In this document: positions 28,239 to 38,202 of the stretch, piece by piece
Layout of the letters: each line of letters starts with the position of its first letter
How positions within the stretch are numbered: the first letter of the stretch is position 1
From: an uncultured Candidatus Actinomarina sp.
GTDB lineage: Bacteria > Actinomycetota > Acidimicrobiia > Actinomarinales > Actinomarinaceae
NCBI GenBank assembly: GCA_902635945.1
Contig: CACPPU010000001.1
Location: 299,453 to 363,452 of the forward strand
Direction of reading: 5' to 3'
DNA: 64,000 nucleotides
Notes under the pieces: generated by a model
What the model saw: the letters and a program-made list of their open reading frames with translations, nothing else
Database searches by the model: none
What the model was told of the DNA's origin: nothing
Position numbers and translations under genes: made by a program

Positions 28239-29494
28239 TTTGAATTGTTAAAGTTCTCGAATCCAATTGTCTCGGCAATTCTTAAAAGCTCATTATATTT
28301 TGCTGTTCGCTCTGATCGAGCTGGCGCACCAGTCTTAATCTGCCCACTAGAAGTTCCGACAACTAGATGACTAATAAAGGAATCCTCTGTTTCTCCAGAT
28401 CTGTGTGAAACCATACTTGAGTATGTGTTCTTGCTAGCTAACTCCATGGTGTTTAAAGTCTCAGTAATTGTTCCAACTTGGTTTACTTTAATTAAGATTG
28501 CATTTCCGCAATTTTCATCAATCCCTTTTTGAAGTACTTCTTCCTGCGTAACAAATAAATCATCGCCAACGAGTTGTGTGGAATCGTTTATTTTGGAAGT
28601 TAAGTATTTCCAACCCTCCCAATCATCTTCTGCGAGCCCGTCTTCAATTGATACTATTGGGTAAGAGTTAGTAAGTTCTACTAAATAATCAGACATCTCT
28701 GTGTTAGTCAAGCTGTTGCCTTCAATCATGTAAGCATTATCTTTATAAAACTCAGATGCAGCCGCATCTAACGCTAAAGAAATTTGGTCAGAAGGTTTGT
28801 AGCCAGCTTCTGCAATTGAAAGCATTATTTCATCTAAAACTTCTTTTGATGATGTAAAGTTTGGAGCGAAACCACCTTCATCTCCTACGTTTGTTGCTAA
28901 TCCTCTATCTTTTAATCTTTTCTTTAATGTGTGATAGACCTCAACACCAGCCTTTAACCCATCATCAAATCTTGTAAATCCGTGAGGAACAATCATAAAC
29001 TCTTGAATATCGACAGAGTTATCAGCATGAGCACCACCATTCAAAATATTCATAAAAGGTACAGGTAAAGACGGATCTCCATAAATGTTAGGAATAAGTT
29101 CATAAACATATTTTTTTTCTGATTTTGCATATGCAACCATATTTGCCATTGAAACAGCAAGTATTGCATTAGCCCCAAGTTTACTTTTGTTTTTTGTTCC
29201 ATCTAGTTCAAGTAGAATTTGATCAACTTTTGACTGATCGCCGGCGTCACTTCCAATTAGAGTGTCAGCTATCAAAGAATTTATATTTTCGACTGCTTTG
29301 TTGACACCTTTTCCGTTAAAGTCTTTTGATTCGTCTCTTAATTCATGAGCTTCTAAACTCCCCGTTGAAGCTCCTGAAGGAACAGCTGCACGGCCCCAGC
29401 TTCCATCATCAAGTGTAACTTCTACTTCAACAGTAGGATTAGCTCGAGAATCTAGGATATACCTAGCAAATATATGTGTAATTTTTTTATTCAT
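28226..29494 (-). CDS. eno: enolase
   Basis: 422 aa with the enolase signature SHRSGETED. Confidence 0.95.
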   Translation of the reverse strand: MNKKITHIFARYILDSRANPTVEVEVTLDDGSWGRAAVPSGASTGSLEAHELRDESKDFNGKGVNKAVENINSLIADTLIGSDAGDQSKVDQILLELDGTKNKSKLGANAILAVSMANMVAYAKSEKKYVYELIPNIYGDPSLPVPFMNILNGGAHADNSVDIQEFMIVPHGFTRFDDGLKAGVEVYHTLKKRLKDRGLATNVGDEGGFAPNFTSSKEVLDEIMLSIAEAGYKPSDQISLALDAAASEFYKDNAYMIEGNSLTNTEMSDYLVELTNSYPIVSIEDGLAEDDWEGWKYLTSKINDSTQLVGDDLFVTQEEVLQKGIDENCGNAILIKVNQVGTITETLNTMELASKNTYSSMVSHRSGETEDSFISHLVVGTSSGQIKTGAPARSERTAKYNELLRIAETIGFENFNNSKWQV

Positions 29495-29534
29495 AACCCT
29501 GTTACTTAAAATCTAGCACAAATTGTTTAATTTG

Positions 29535-30275
29535 TTACTTTTCTTCGGTTTTCTTAGCTTCTAACCATAATTTTTCTAAGTCAGAATCATCTTCAATATG
29601 TTTCTCAACATATTGCGCTCTATTAATAAATCTCTGGGTTGATTTATTTAGTTGTATTTCCGGATCAGCATCTAAATATCTGCATACATTAACAATGGCA
29701 AATAGAACATCCCCAATTTCACTTTTCCGTTCATCCAGATTTTCAGCTTCTTCTAGCTCTTTAACTTCAGAAAGTAAATCCTCGAGAGCTTCTTCATAGC
29801 TTGCATAAGAGAGGTTTAGTTTTTTTGCTTTTCTTTGCGTTTTAAAAGCTCTTGTTATTGATGGTAATTTACTATTTATATCATCAAATATTGAGTCGTC
29901 ACTATCTTTTTGTTTTAATGTCTCCCATTGTTTTTCTACTTCTTCAGCGCTATCGAGTTTTACATCACCAAAAACATGTGGGTGGCGTTCGATTAATTTT
30001 GCTTGAAGTGATTTTATTACATCAACTATTGCAAATTTATTATTTTCCTCAGCAATTTTTGAATGAAGTAAAATTTGGAGCAGCAGATCTCCCAATTCAT
30101 CTTTTACATGTTCATAATTTGAATCTTTTTCTTCAATGCTTGCAAGTGAGTCCAATAATTCATAAGCTTCCTCAATTAGGTGTCTTGATAATGATTCATG
30201 CGTTTGCTCCATATCCCAGGGACATTCTTCTCGGAGCTTTTTTACAATCTCTACAAGTTCATCAAACTCATTCAT
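29535..30275 (-). CDS. mazG: nucleoside triphosphate pyrophosphohydrolase MazG
   Basis: Tandem MazG domains (CPWDMEQTHESL and EEAYEL). Confidence 0.85.
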   Translation of the reverse strand: MNEFDELVEIVKKLREECPWDMEQTHESLSRHLIEEAYELLDSLASIEEKDSNYEHVKDELGDLLLQILLHSKIAEENNKFAIVDVIKSLQAKLIERHPHVFGDVKLDSAEEVEKQWETLKQKDSDDSIFDDINSKLPSITRAFKTQRKAKKLNLSYASYEEALEDLLSEVKELEEAENLDERKSEIGDVLFAIVNVCRYLDADPEIQLNKSTQRFINRAQYVEKHIEDDSDLEKLWLEAKKTEEK

Positions 30276-30277
30276 AA

Positions 30278-33200
30278 TTAAAGATTACTATTCAATATTC
30301 CATATACGCTGTCTGGTGTTAAGACATCCTTAAAGTTTAAAACTAAACGTTTATTTCTAAAGATAAACTTTTTATCTAATGTTTTAACCCTCAAATTTAC
30401 TTCTTCAGTCAAGTCAACTGGGAAAAGTTCAATCTGAGATTCTCTTATTTTGCACCTTAAAATGTTTTTTTCACTCAACACAGATCTTATCTTTGCAGTA
30501 ATGAACAAGTTATTAGATACCTCCGGAAGTTCACCAAATCTATCGATAATTTCATCCTTAATTTCATCAACTTTTGTATGGTGAGTGTGTTCGAGTCTTT
30601 TGTAAATGTCTATTCTTTCAGAGTCAGCATCTACATAGCTTTTTGGAATTGAAGAGCCCCAGAAACAATCTAATTTTATATCCGGCTTTATATCTGGCTT
30701 TATTGGCTCTATTGATTCATCTAAAGATTCTAAGACGTATTGGTTAAAAATATTTAGTCCGACATTTGCAATAAAACCTGATTGTATATCTCCTAAAATA
30801 CTTCCAGACCCTCTAAGTTGTAAATCTTTCATAGCTAATGAGTATCCAGTAGCCGTCTGGCCAATGGATTTAATTGCATCTAACCTTAACTCTGCATCTA
30901 CCCCTAAATTGCTTGAATGAAAGAAATAAGCAAAACTTTGATCTCCCCTTCTTCCTACCCTTCCTTTAAGTTGATAAAGCTGGGACATGCCTAGTAACTC
31001 TGACCTAAGAGTTATGAGAGTATTCACTTTTGGTAAATCAATTCCGGCTTCCACAATTGTGGTAGCAAACAACACATCTACTTTACGATCCCAAACGTCT
31101 TGCATTGTATTTTCTATTTGTTCTGCAGATAATTGGCCATGTAAAATTTTATGATTTAAGTTAGTAAATTGTTTTGAGATGATCTTCATCCATTCCTCAA
31201 GTTCACTAATTCTGTTGAGTACAAAGAAGACTTGACCTCCTCTTGAAATCTCTCTCTGAATAGCAAGAGCAATAGCCGACTCATCAACACTACCCACGTG
31301 AGTTAATGTTTCTAATCTGTTTTCTGGTGGAGTTTCAATTCTTGATGTTTCTCTAATTCCCATAAGAGATTGTTCAAGTGTTCTTGGAATTGGAGTTGCA
31401 GTTAATGTTAATTTGTGGACTTGAGTGGCTAAATTCTGAAGTCTATCTTTTGCTTCAACTCCAAATCTATGTTCTTCATCAATTACGATTAATTTTAAGT
31501 TATTGAATGTAACATCATCACTTAAAAGTCTATGCGTTCCTATGACTATATCCACCGTTCCATCGTTGACGCCTTTAATAATTTCTTTTAAGTCTTTCTT
31601 TTTTACAAATCTGCTTAAGTGTTTAATATTCAATGGATAATTTTCTAATCTATTTACAAAAGTTTCAATATGCTGTTGGACAAGAATTGTCGTTGGTGCA
31701 AGAACTGCAACTTGTCCTCCTGAAAAAGCTACTTTTACTGCTGCTCTAAGTGCAACTTCTGTCTTTCCATATCCAACATCTCCAAAAATTAATCTATCCA
31801 TTGGAGTATTTTTACTTAAGTCTTCTTTAACATCATTTATTGCTGTTAACTGATCGGGGGTTTCGACATATTCGAAATCGCTTTCTATCTCTGCCTGCCA
31901 TGGAGTATCCTCATCAATAATTAGGTTATTGTTTTCAATTTTTCTTAATTTGTAGAGATTCAAAACTCTATCAGCTATAACCTTTGCGTTTTGTCTAGCT
32001 TTTTCTTTAGCACGCTCCCACTCTCCGCCGCCTAATCTAGATAATCTTGGATTTTCGCCCCCTACATATACCTCAAGTTCATTAATTTGATCCGATGGAA
32101 CATATAGTCTGTCGGTTCCACCAAACTTAATTGATAAGTAATCTTTATCTACATCTTTAATTTTTTTAACTTCGGTTCCCTCATAGAGCCCTATGCCATG
32201 AAACTTGTGAACAACATAAGTATTTGGAACAAGGATTGATTCCTCATTTAATTTCCTATGTTTTACTTTTTTGTCTTTTTGTTTTCTATTAGTAAATAAT
32301 GACTCATCAATAACTGCAATACTCATTTCTTGAAACACTGCTGAGAAGGAGAAAGAATTCTCAACTAAATGTAAATTCTTTACTTTTGAAAACTTTTCTA
32401 TAATTTTTTCATTTCTGCTGGATAAATACACCTTTGATAACTCGTTAATATTTTCCAAAACTTTATCCGGACCTAAGCCATTTAAAAATTGTGGAATATT
32501 ACTGATGTTTTCTAAATCATTTGTGGAATAAAAAATTGTTTCATATCTATTGATTTCTAAAAATGCATCCACATATCTGGATTTCATTTTTGATACTTTT
32601 AAAGAAAAATACTTTTGTAAATTATTGAAACTATCCTCTTCAATCTTTTGAATTTCGCTTAAAGTTTCTTTACACGAATTAAAGTCGATTATATTAATGC
32701 TTACATCATCTGGTACAAAATCTAGTAAAGACTTGAAGTTTGTTAGATTTTGCGAAAACTGAAATAATTCGTATTCATCTAAGTCTTTATTTGATTCTAT
32801 TTCTAATGATTTGAAAATGTCTTCTTGCTTTGTTTGAAACAATTCAGACGAAGGGGTTATTAAAACCTTTATAATATTTTTTATTGATCTTTGGGTAATG
32901 AAATCAAATAATTTTAATTCGATTACTTCATCACCATTAAAAATAATTCTTGTTGGGTATTCACTGTTAAGAGGATAAATATCAATCTGCCCACCACGAA
33001 TAGAAAATGTTCCTCTAGATTCAACTCTGTCTTTGTTTACATATCCAAGGAAAGAGAGATTTTCTATTAAATTTTCAAAATCTACTTCTTGTCCAATCTG
33101 CACATCTATTACGTCTAAATCATTAATAAATATTTTTTGAGTAAAGGACTTCATACTCATTGCAATATCAAAAGAATCATTAACTAGCAGGCTATGAAGT

Positions 33201-33430
33201 GTTTGAAGTCTTTTTCCTTGAATCTCTAATGATGGCGTAAATGAGTCATAGGACAAAGTATCCCATGCTGGAAAATAAGAAGACTCAGGTACAAAATTAG
33301 AAAAATTATTATAAAATTCTAAAGTTTCTTTTTCTGTTGGAAAAATATAGATATTTTTTCTATCTCTTTTATTTAAATAAAAGAATGGTGCAAGCGATTC
33401 AGGGGAATAATTGAATGTTTCTACATTCAT
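30278..33430 (-). CDS. mfd: transcription-repair coupling factor
   Basis: 1050 aa; superfamily 2 helicase motifs GDVGYGKTEVALRAA and DEEHRFG; C-terminal TRCF domain. Confidence 0.9.
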   Translation of the reverse strand: MNVETFNYSPESLAPFFYLNKRDRKNIYIFPTEKETLEFYNNFSNFVPESSYFPAWDTLSYDSFTPSLEIQGKRLQTLHSLLVNDSFDIAMSMKSFTQKIFINDLDVIDVQIGQEVDFENLIENLSFLGYVNKDRVESRGTFSIRGGQIDIYPLNSEYPTRIIFNGDEVIELKLFDFITQRSIKNIIKVLITPSSELFQTKQEDIFKSLEIESNKDLDEYELFQFSQNLTNFKSLLDFVPDDVSINIIDFNSCKETLSEIQKIEEDSFNNLQKYFSLKVSKMKSRYVDAFLEINRYETIFYSTNDLENISNIPQFLNGLGPDKVLENINELSKVYLSSRNEKIIEKFSKVKNLHLVENSFSFSAVFQEMSIAVIDESLFTNRKQKDKKVKHRKLNEESILVPNTYVVHKFHGIGLYEGTEVKKIKDVDKDYLSIKFGGTDRLYVPSDQINELEVYVGGENPRLSRLGGGEWERAKEKARQNAKVIADRVLNLYKLRKIENNNLIIDEDTPWQAEIESDFEYVETPDQLTAINDVKEDLSKNTPMDRLIFGDVGYGKTEVALRAAVKVAFSGGQVAVLAPTTILVQQHIETFVNRLENYPLNIKHLSRFVKKKDLKEIIKGVNDGTVDIVIGTHRLLSDDVTFNNLKLIVIDEEHRFGVEAKDRLQNLATQVHKLTLTATPIPRTLEQSLMGIRETSRIETPPENRLETLTHVGSVDESAIALAIQREISRGGQVFFVLNRISELEEWMKIISKQFTNLNHKILHGQLSAEQIENTMQDVWDRKVDVLFATTIVEAGIDLPKVNTLITLRSELLGMSQLYQLKGRVGRRGDQSFAYFFHSSNLGVDAELRLDAIKSIGQTATGYSLAMKDLQLRGSGSILGDIQSGFIANVGLNIFNQYVLESLDESIEPIKPDIKPDIKLDCFWGSSIPKSYVDADSERIDIYKRLEHTHHTKVDEIKDEIIDRFGELPEVSNNLFITAKIRSVLSEKNILRCKIRESQIELFPVDLTEEVNLRVKTLDKKFIFRNKRLVLNFKDVLTPDSVYGILNSNL

Positions 33431-33433
33431 GGT

Positions 33434-34429
33434 TTAAATTTTTTTTAGATCTACGTAGCTCTCATCAATTAACCAATTGATAGTTTTCTTCATAAACATT
33501 TCCAAATCAATATAGTCTATATTTAATTTATCTTCAGCTTTGGAACCGTCATAAATATGTCCATGTGTTAAAACTCTTGCTGACTCACTACATATTAATG
33601 GAGTTGAATTAGACACAAGCTTATAAAGATCTCCAAGTGGCGCAATGATTTTCAAGCCTGATTTTGGAATATACATAGGCCTTCCTGACCATTCTGATAA
33701 AGATTTAAGCTTAGAGAGCAAATCTTCACTAGTTGTTTGAAAACTATTAAGAACATACCTCTCATTTGCTTCGCCATTTAACAGAGCTTGATAATGTCCA
33801 TCTGTGCAATCATCAATATCAACAATTGAAATATTATTTTTTATCAGAGGGGGGTATTTTTTGTTAAGCGTAGAAATTAATAATTTTGCTGTACCAGATA
33901 CACGACCTGGTCCTTGAACAGAGGATGGGTTAACAGACACAAACTCAAAGTCTTTGTCATAATCAAATGCGTCTTTTTCAGCTAAAAACTTTGACTCTTC
34001 ATATTTACTAAAAAAGTAGCCTCTGTGGTTGGATAACTCATTGCCAACAGTTCCCAATTCTTCTCCTAAAGTGACTGCAGATGATGTATAAATAAATTTT
34101 TTGATCTTTAATCTGTTACCAAGTTCAAGCATTTGTTTAGTTCCTTCTATATTTGCTTTAAACATTCCATCTGGATTTTTAGAACACATTTTATTAACTC
34201 CTGCAATATGGAAAATTGCATCTATGTTTTTGTCAGAGAGGTGATCGTAAGTTGAATCTGAAAAAAGATCTCCTTCAATCTTTGTTACACCAAGGTCTGA
34301 AAATAATTGATTATTGTTTTTTGATCTTGAAAGAGCAAAAACATTATGCCCTTGTTTAACTATTTTTCTTAAAAGTGGCTTACCAACGACTCCAGTGGAA
34401 CCTGTAATGAATATATTGTTATATTTCAT
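33434..34429 (-). CDS. NAD-dependent epimerase/dehydratase family protein
   Basis: N-terminal ITGSTGVVG Rossmann motif; 331 aa. Confidence 0.7.
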   Translation of the reverse strand: MKYNNIFITGSTGVVGKPLLRKIVKQGHNVFALSRSKNNNQLFSDLGVTKIEGDLFSDSTYDHLSDKNIDAIFHIAGVNKMCSKNPDGMFKANIEGTKQMLELGNRLKIKKFIYTSSAVTLGEELGTVGNELSNHRGYFFSKYEESKFLAEKDAFDYDKDFEFVSVNPSSVQGPGRVSGTAKLLISTLNKKYPPLIKNNISIVDIDDCTDGHYQALLNGEANERYVLNSFQTTSEDLLSKLKSLSEWSGRPMYIPKSGLKIIAPLGDLYKLVSNSTPLICSESARVLTHGHIYDGSKAEDKLNIDYIDLEMFMKKTINWLIDESYVDLKKI

Positions 34430-34968
34430 TTAGTTTGTTGGAGATAACCAGATAAGTATTGATAGCCAGAAATGTAGGAGAAAACTAATGCCAATAAAAC
34501 AATGAAATCAGCAAGGGTGAAACTTAAAAGAGTTATTGGAAAATCCATCATTACAAAACCAATAGCCCAAAACTGCAGGCTTGCTTTTGCTTTGCCCAAT
34601 TTACTTGGTGGAATCATTATTCCTTCATTTCCTGCAAGGCCTCTTAATCCAGTAATAATAAACTCTCTAACAATAAGTAAAACTGTAATCCAAATACTAA
34701 CTCTTTCAATATAAGTAAAACCAACAAATATAAAAGTTATAAAAATTTTATCTGCAATAGAATCTAAAAATGCTCCGGTCTTCGAAGATACATCCCATTT
34801 TCTTGCTAGTCGGCCATCAAAAAAGTCTGTCCAAGCAGCAATAAATGCAATGATTGCTGGAACTAACATTAACCCTTCATCGGTACCATCAAGTAATAAC
34901 AAATATAAAATAACTGGAGCAGAGAAGATACGAAATAAAGCTAATGAGTCTGGTATATATTTTTTCAT
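34426..34968 (-). CDS. CDP-alcohol phosphatidyltransferase (PgsA-like)
   Basis: Signature DFFDGRLAR...G...D...D; membrane protein of 180 aa. Confidence 0.75.
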   Translation of the reverse strand: MKKYIPDSLALFRIFSAPVILYLLLLDGTDEGLMLVPAIIAFIAAWTDFFDGRLARKWDVSSKTGAFLDSIADKIFITFIFVGFTYIERVSIWITVLLIVREFIITGLRGLAGNEGIMIPPSKLGKAKASLQFWAIGFVMMDFPITLLSFTLADFIVLLALVFSYISGYQYLSGYLQQTK

Positions 34969-35606
34969 TAAATCACATCAATAATTCTGCGCTCAGAGGC
35001 TTCTTTGATGGCTAATTCTTTATCCTTTAAAAAGGTATTTAAAATATCTACTGAATCTTCTATCAAGAATTCAACCTCTTCCCTTTCATCATTATAAAAC
35101 TTTGATAATACAAAATCAGCTGGGTCAATTCCTTGAGGAGGTCTACCAACTCCTACTTTTAGTTTGTAATAATCTTCAGGATCTAAAACTCTATTTGTTG
35201 ATTTAATTCCATTATGACCACCATCAGAACTTCCTTTTTTAATTCTTAAACGTCCAAATGCAAGATCAATATCATCATGAACAACAAGCACCTCTGTGCT
35301 TTCTTTATTGTTATATTTAAAATAACTTTTTAATGCATTCCCAGAATTGTTCATTGAAACCATAGGTAGGATAATTTCAACATTGGAACCATTAATTTCA
35401 GCAGATGAAAAATTGTAAATACTATTTTTGTCGAGTTTGAATTCTAAATTGTTTTTCTTACAAAAACGAATAAGAATATCTGCACCTATATTATGTCGTG
35501 TCTTAGAATATTTATCTTGTGGATTCCAGAGACCAACAAATAAAGTTTTGTTATTCTCCAGATTCATCTGAGGACTCTTCCTCAACAGTCTCTTCAGAGG
35601 ATTCAC
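34968..35606 (-). CDS. pth: peptidyl-tRNA hydrolase
   Basis: N-terminal LFVGLWNP...YSKTRHNIG motif. Confidence 0.85.
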   Translation of the reverse strand: MNPLKRLLRKSPQMNLENNKTLFVGLWNPQDKYSKTRHNIGADILIRFCKKNNLEFKLDKNSIYNFSSAEINGSNVEIILPMVSMNNSGNALKSYFKYNNKESTEVLVVHDDIDLAFGRLRIKKGSSDGGHNGIKSTNRVLDPEDYYKLKVGVGRPPQGIDPADFVLSKFYNDEREEVEFLIEDSVDILNTFLKDKELAIKEASERRIIDVI

Positions 35607-36234
35607 CTTCGGCTCCCTCTTCGCCTTCTACTTCTTCGCCCTCTAGACCTTCAATATCTTCTTCTTCTTCAATTGCTGCTCTTGGTACAGTAATTGTTAT
35701 TAAAATTGAATCGTCTTCTGAATCTGCTAGCTCTACACCTTCAGGTAGCGAGACATCTCCAGCTGATAAATTGTCCCCAACGTTTAATTCAGAAATATCT
35801 AAATCAAGAGAAGTAGGAATGTTTGTAGGAAGTGCTGAAATGGTAATGGAAGAGTTGATTGTTTGAATAATTCCACCTTCTTCTTTAACTCCCATTGGTG
35901 TTCCTATAAAGTTAACTTGTACATCAGCGTCAACAGTCTTTGTAAGATCAATTTGAATGAAGTCAACATGTAAAAATTCATTACGATAAACATGTTTTTG
36001 TATTTCTCTTGCAAGCGCAGTGTATTTATCCTTACCAACTTCTAGGTTAAAAATTACGTTTGAACCTGCTTCAGTTTTTAGAGCATTTGTGAACTCTCTA
36101 GAATCTATCTCTACAGAAACTGGTTCCATTCCCAAACCATAGACAACTGCAGGAATACTACCTTCACCCCTGCTTCTCCTTGATTGAGCAGATCCAGTAT
36201 TATCTCTTACGGTTGCTTTTAAACTTGTTTCCAT
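35551..36234 (-). CDS. rplY: 50S ribosomal protein L25 / general stress protein Ctc, with an acidic C-terminal tail
   Basis: L25/Ctc beta-barrel N-terminal domain and an E/S/G-rich tail; conserved upstream of pth. Confidence 0.8.
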   Translation of the reverse strand: METSLKATVRDNTGSAQSRRSRGEGSIPAVVYGLGMEPVSVEIDSREFTNALKTEAGSNVIFNLEVGKDKYTALAREIQKHVYRNEFLHVDFIQIDLTKTVDADVQVNFIGTPMGVKEEGGIIQTINSSITISALPTNIPTSLDLDISELNVGDNLSAGDVSLPEGVELADSEDDSILITITVPRAAIEEEEDIEGLEGEEVEGEEGAEGESSEETVEEESSDESGE

Positions 36235-36291
36235 ATTTATCCTTACGAATTATATAGAGTAATAAATTTTATTTACTACTCAAAGCAGTAT

Positions 36292-37089
36292 TTATGCTTT
36301 TTCTGTTGCCTTTCGAGCTGATAAAACCGCAAAAGTTAAAGTTAAAGCAGCAAAAGAACCTGCTGCAACAAAACCTTTAAAAATCATGTCATTTATCCAA
36401 CCTTCAACCATTATTGCTCTCATCGCTTCAATGACATAAGTTGTTGGATTGTATGCAGAAGCTGTAGCTAACCATCCACGTAAAGCTTCCCTGGGGACAA
36501 AAGTTGGTGCTAGAAATAATGCAGGGAAAAATAAAAAAGATGCTGCCTGTGCACCTTGTGAAGATCCAGATCTAACACCTGCAGCAACTGAATATCCTGC
36601 AAAACCCATTCCCCACAAAAAAGCTATAGAGAGAACTATAAAGTATCCTATTGTGCCAACTGCTGGATCAGCACCAATAATTTTTCCAATTACCATTATT
36701 AAGCCGGCTTGAATCAATACTCGCATTGCACCAACAATCATAGGTGCAAGAATTATGGCCCATTTGGAGATTGGCATACTTTGATAACGCTTAAAAACCC
36801 CAGACTCAATATCTTCTACTAAATAAATTCCAGATGCACCACCGCTCACCGATGCTGAAACTATTGAAACAGGGAGTATAAAGTTAACAAAATTTCCATT
36901 AGCAAAATCAAAAGGAGTGCCTTGAGCAGATCCGCCAAAAACTCCACCTAGTGCACCATCATATACAAAAAGAAAAAAAGCAGAAATAAAAATATTAGGT
37001 AATTCAGCTAACGGTCTCCTAATAACTCTTAAAACAAGTCTCTTTGTTAATATTCGTAGTTGAGTAAGAAAAGAAATATTAGTTTTCAT
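36292..37089 (-). CDS. ABC-2 type exporter permease
   Basis: Six-TM ABC-2 family protein downstream of the ATPase. Confidence 0.75.
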   Translation of the reverse strand: MKTNISFLTQLRILTKRLVLRVIRRPLAELPNIFISAFFLFVYDGALGGVFGGSAQGTPFDFANGNFVNFILPVSIVSASVSGGASGIYLVEDIESGVFKRYQSMPISKWAIILAPMIVGAMRVLIQAGLIMVIGKIIGADPAVGTIGYFIVLSIAFLWGMGFAGYSVAAGVRSGSSQGAQAASFLFFPALFLAPTFVPREALRGWLATASAYNPTTYVIEAMRAIMVEGWINDMIFKGFVAAGSFAALTLTFAVLSARKATEKA

Positions 37090-37092
37090 AAC

Positions 37093-38070
37093 TTAATTTT
37101 CCTCTTGTTCGTTTGGTGATTGACTTACATCTTCTGAAGTTCCTTCAAGTCTATATCCTGTAACATTTAAAAAAACATCATCTAATGTTGGCTTGCTTGC
37201 AGCAACAGAACTGACATCAATATTATTCATTGTTAGTTCATTTATGTAAGAAGGAATCTTACTTGCACCGTCTTCAACAGTTATTCTCAATTCATTTTTT
37301 TCTTGTAAAGATTCTGGAAATAGTTCTTTCGCTAAAGTAACTTCTCTTTCTGAGTTGAAAGATAAGGTTATTACGTCACCACCAATACTTGCTTTTAGCT
37401 CATCTGAGGTGCCTTCAGCTACTACAAGTCCCTCGTCTATTATTGCAATTCTATCTGCTAGTTCATCAGCTTCTTCAAGATACTGAGTGGTCAAGATTAT
37501 AGTCACACCACTATCTCTTAACCTTTTAATTTCATCCCATAAAACTCTTCTAGATCCGGGATCTAAACCCGTTGTAGGCTCATCTAAAAATAAAACTTCT
37601 GGTGAATTGACTAAGCTCAGTCCTAAATCTAATCTTCGCTTCATACCACCTGAGTATGTTTTAACTCTTCTGTCAGCTGCTTCAGTTAAGCCAACAAGTT
37701 CAAGAAGTTCATTTGTTCTTGTTTCCGAATCTTTTTTAGAAAAACCCCATAGTCTCGCAGTAGTAAAAAATAATTCCCTGCCTGTAAGTAGATTATCGAT
37801 ACCAGTATCTTGAAGTGCAACACCAATTTTTTCTCTAACTAACTTATCGTCTTTAGTTACATCTAAATCAAGAATCTTGGCTTGTCCACCAGTAACCTGT
37901 AGAAGGGTTGTGAGCATTAAAATAGTTGTCGATTTACCAGCACCATTTGGACCAAGTAAGCCAAAAATTTCGCCTTTTTTAACCTCAAAACTAACATCTT
38001 TAACTGCCTCTACAGTGTCTTGTTTCGTTTTGAATGTTTTCTTAATATTTTTTACATCAACTGCTAACAT
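37093..38070 (-). CDS. ABC transporter ATP-binding protein (DrrA-like)
   Basis: Walker A GPNGAGKST and signature YSGGMKRRL. Confidence 0.85.
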   Translation of the reverse strand: MLAVDVKNIKKTFKTKQDTVEAVKDVSFEVKKGEIFGLLGPNGAGKSTTILMLTTLLQVTGGQAKILDLDVTKDDKLVREKIGVALQDTGIDNLLTGRELFFTTARLWGFSKKDSETRTNELLELVGLTEAADRRVKTYSGGMKRRLDLGLSLVNSPEVLFLDEPTTGLDPGSRRVLWDEIKRLRDSGVTIILTTQYLEEADELADRIAIIDEGLVVAEGTSDELKASIGGDVITLSFNSEREVTLAKELFPESLQEKNELRITVEDGASKIPSYINELTMNNIDVSSVAASKPTLDDVFLNVTGYRLEGTSEDVSQSPNEQEEN

Positions 38071-38119
38071 AATGTACCTATAAGCCGAAATCTATGATAC
38101 TGGTATCAAAATTTTAAAT

Positions 38120-38192
38120 GGCCTCGTAGCTCAGGGGATAGAGCACAGGTTTCCTAAACCTGGTGTCGCAGGTTCGAATCCTGCCGAGGCCG
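38120..38192 (+). tRNA. tRNA-Arg (anticodon CCT)
   Basis: Sequence GGCCTCGTAGCTCAGGGGATAGAGCAC-AGGTT-TCCTAAA-CCTGG...GGTTCGAATCC cloverleaf. Confidence 0.9.
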
Positions 38193-38202
38193 CTCTATAA
38201 AG

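Noticed and set aside
35519-35866. 115-aa plus-strand ORF rich in Ser/Pro/Glu overlapping rplY
   Set aside because: It is the antisense shadow of the acidic low-complexity tail of L25/Ctc. It has no start context, and rplY on the opposite strand has strong family support.
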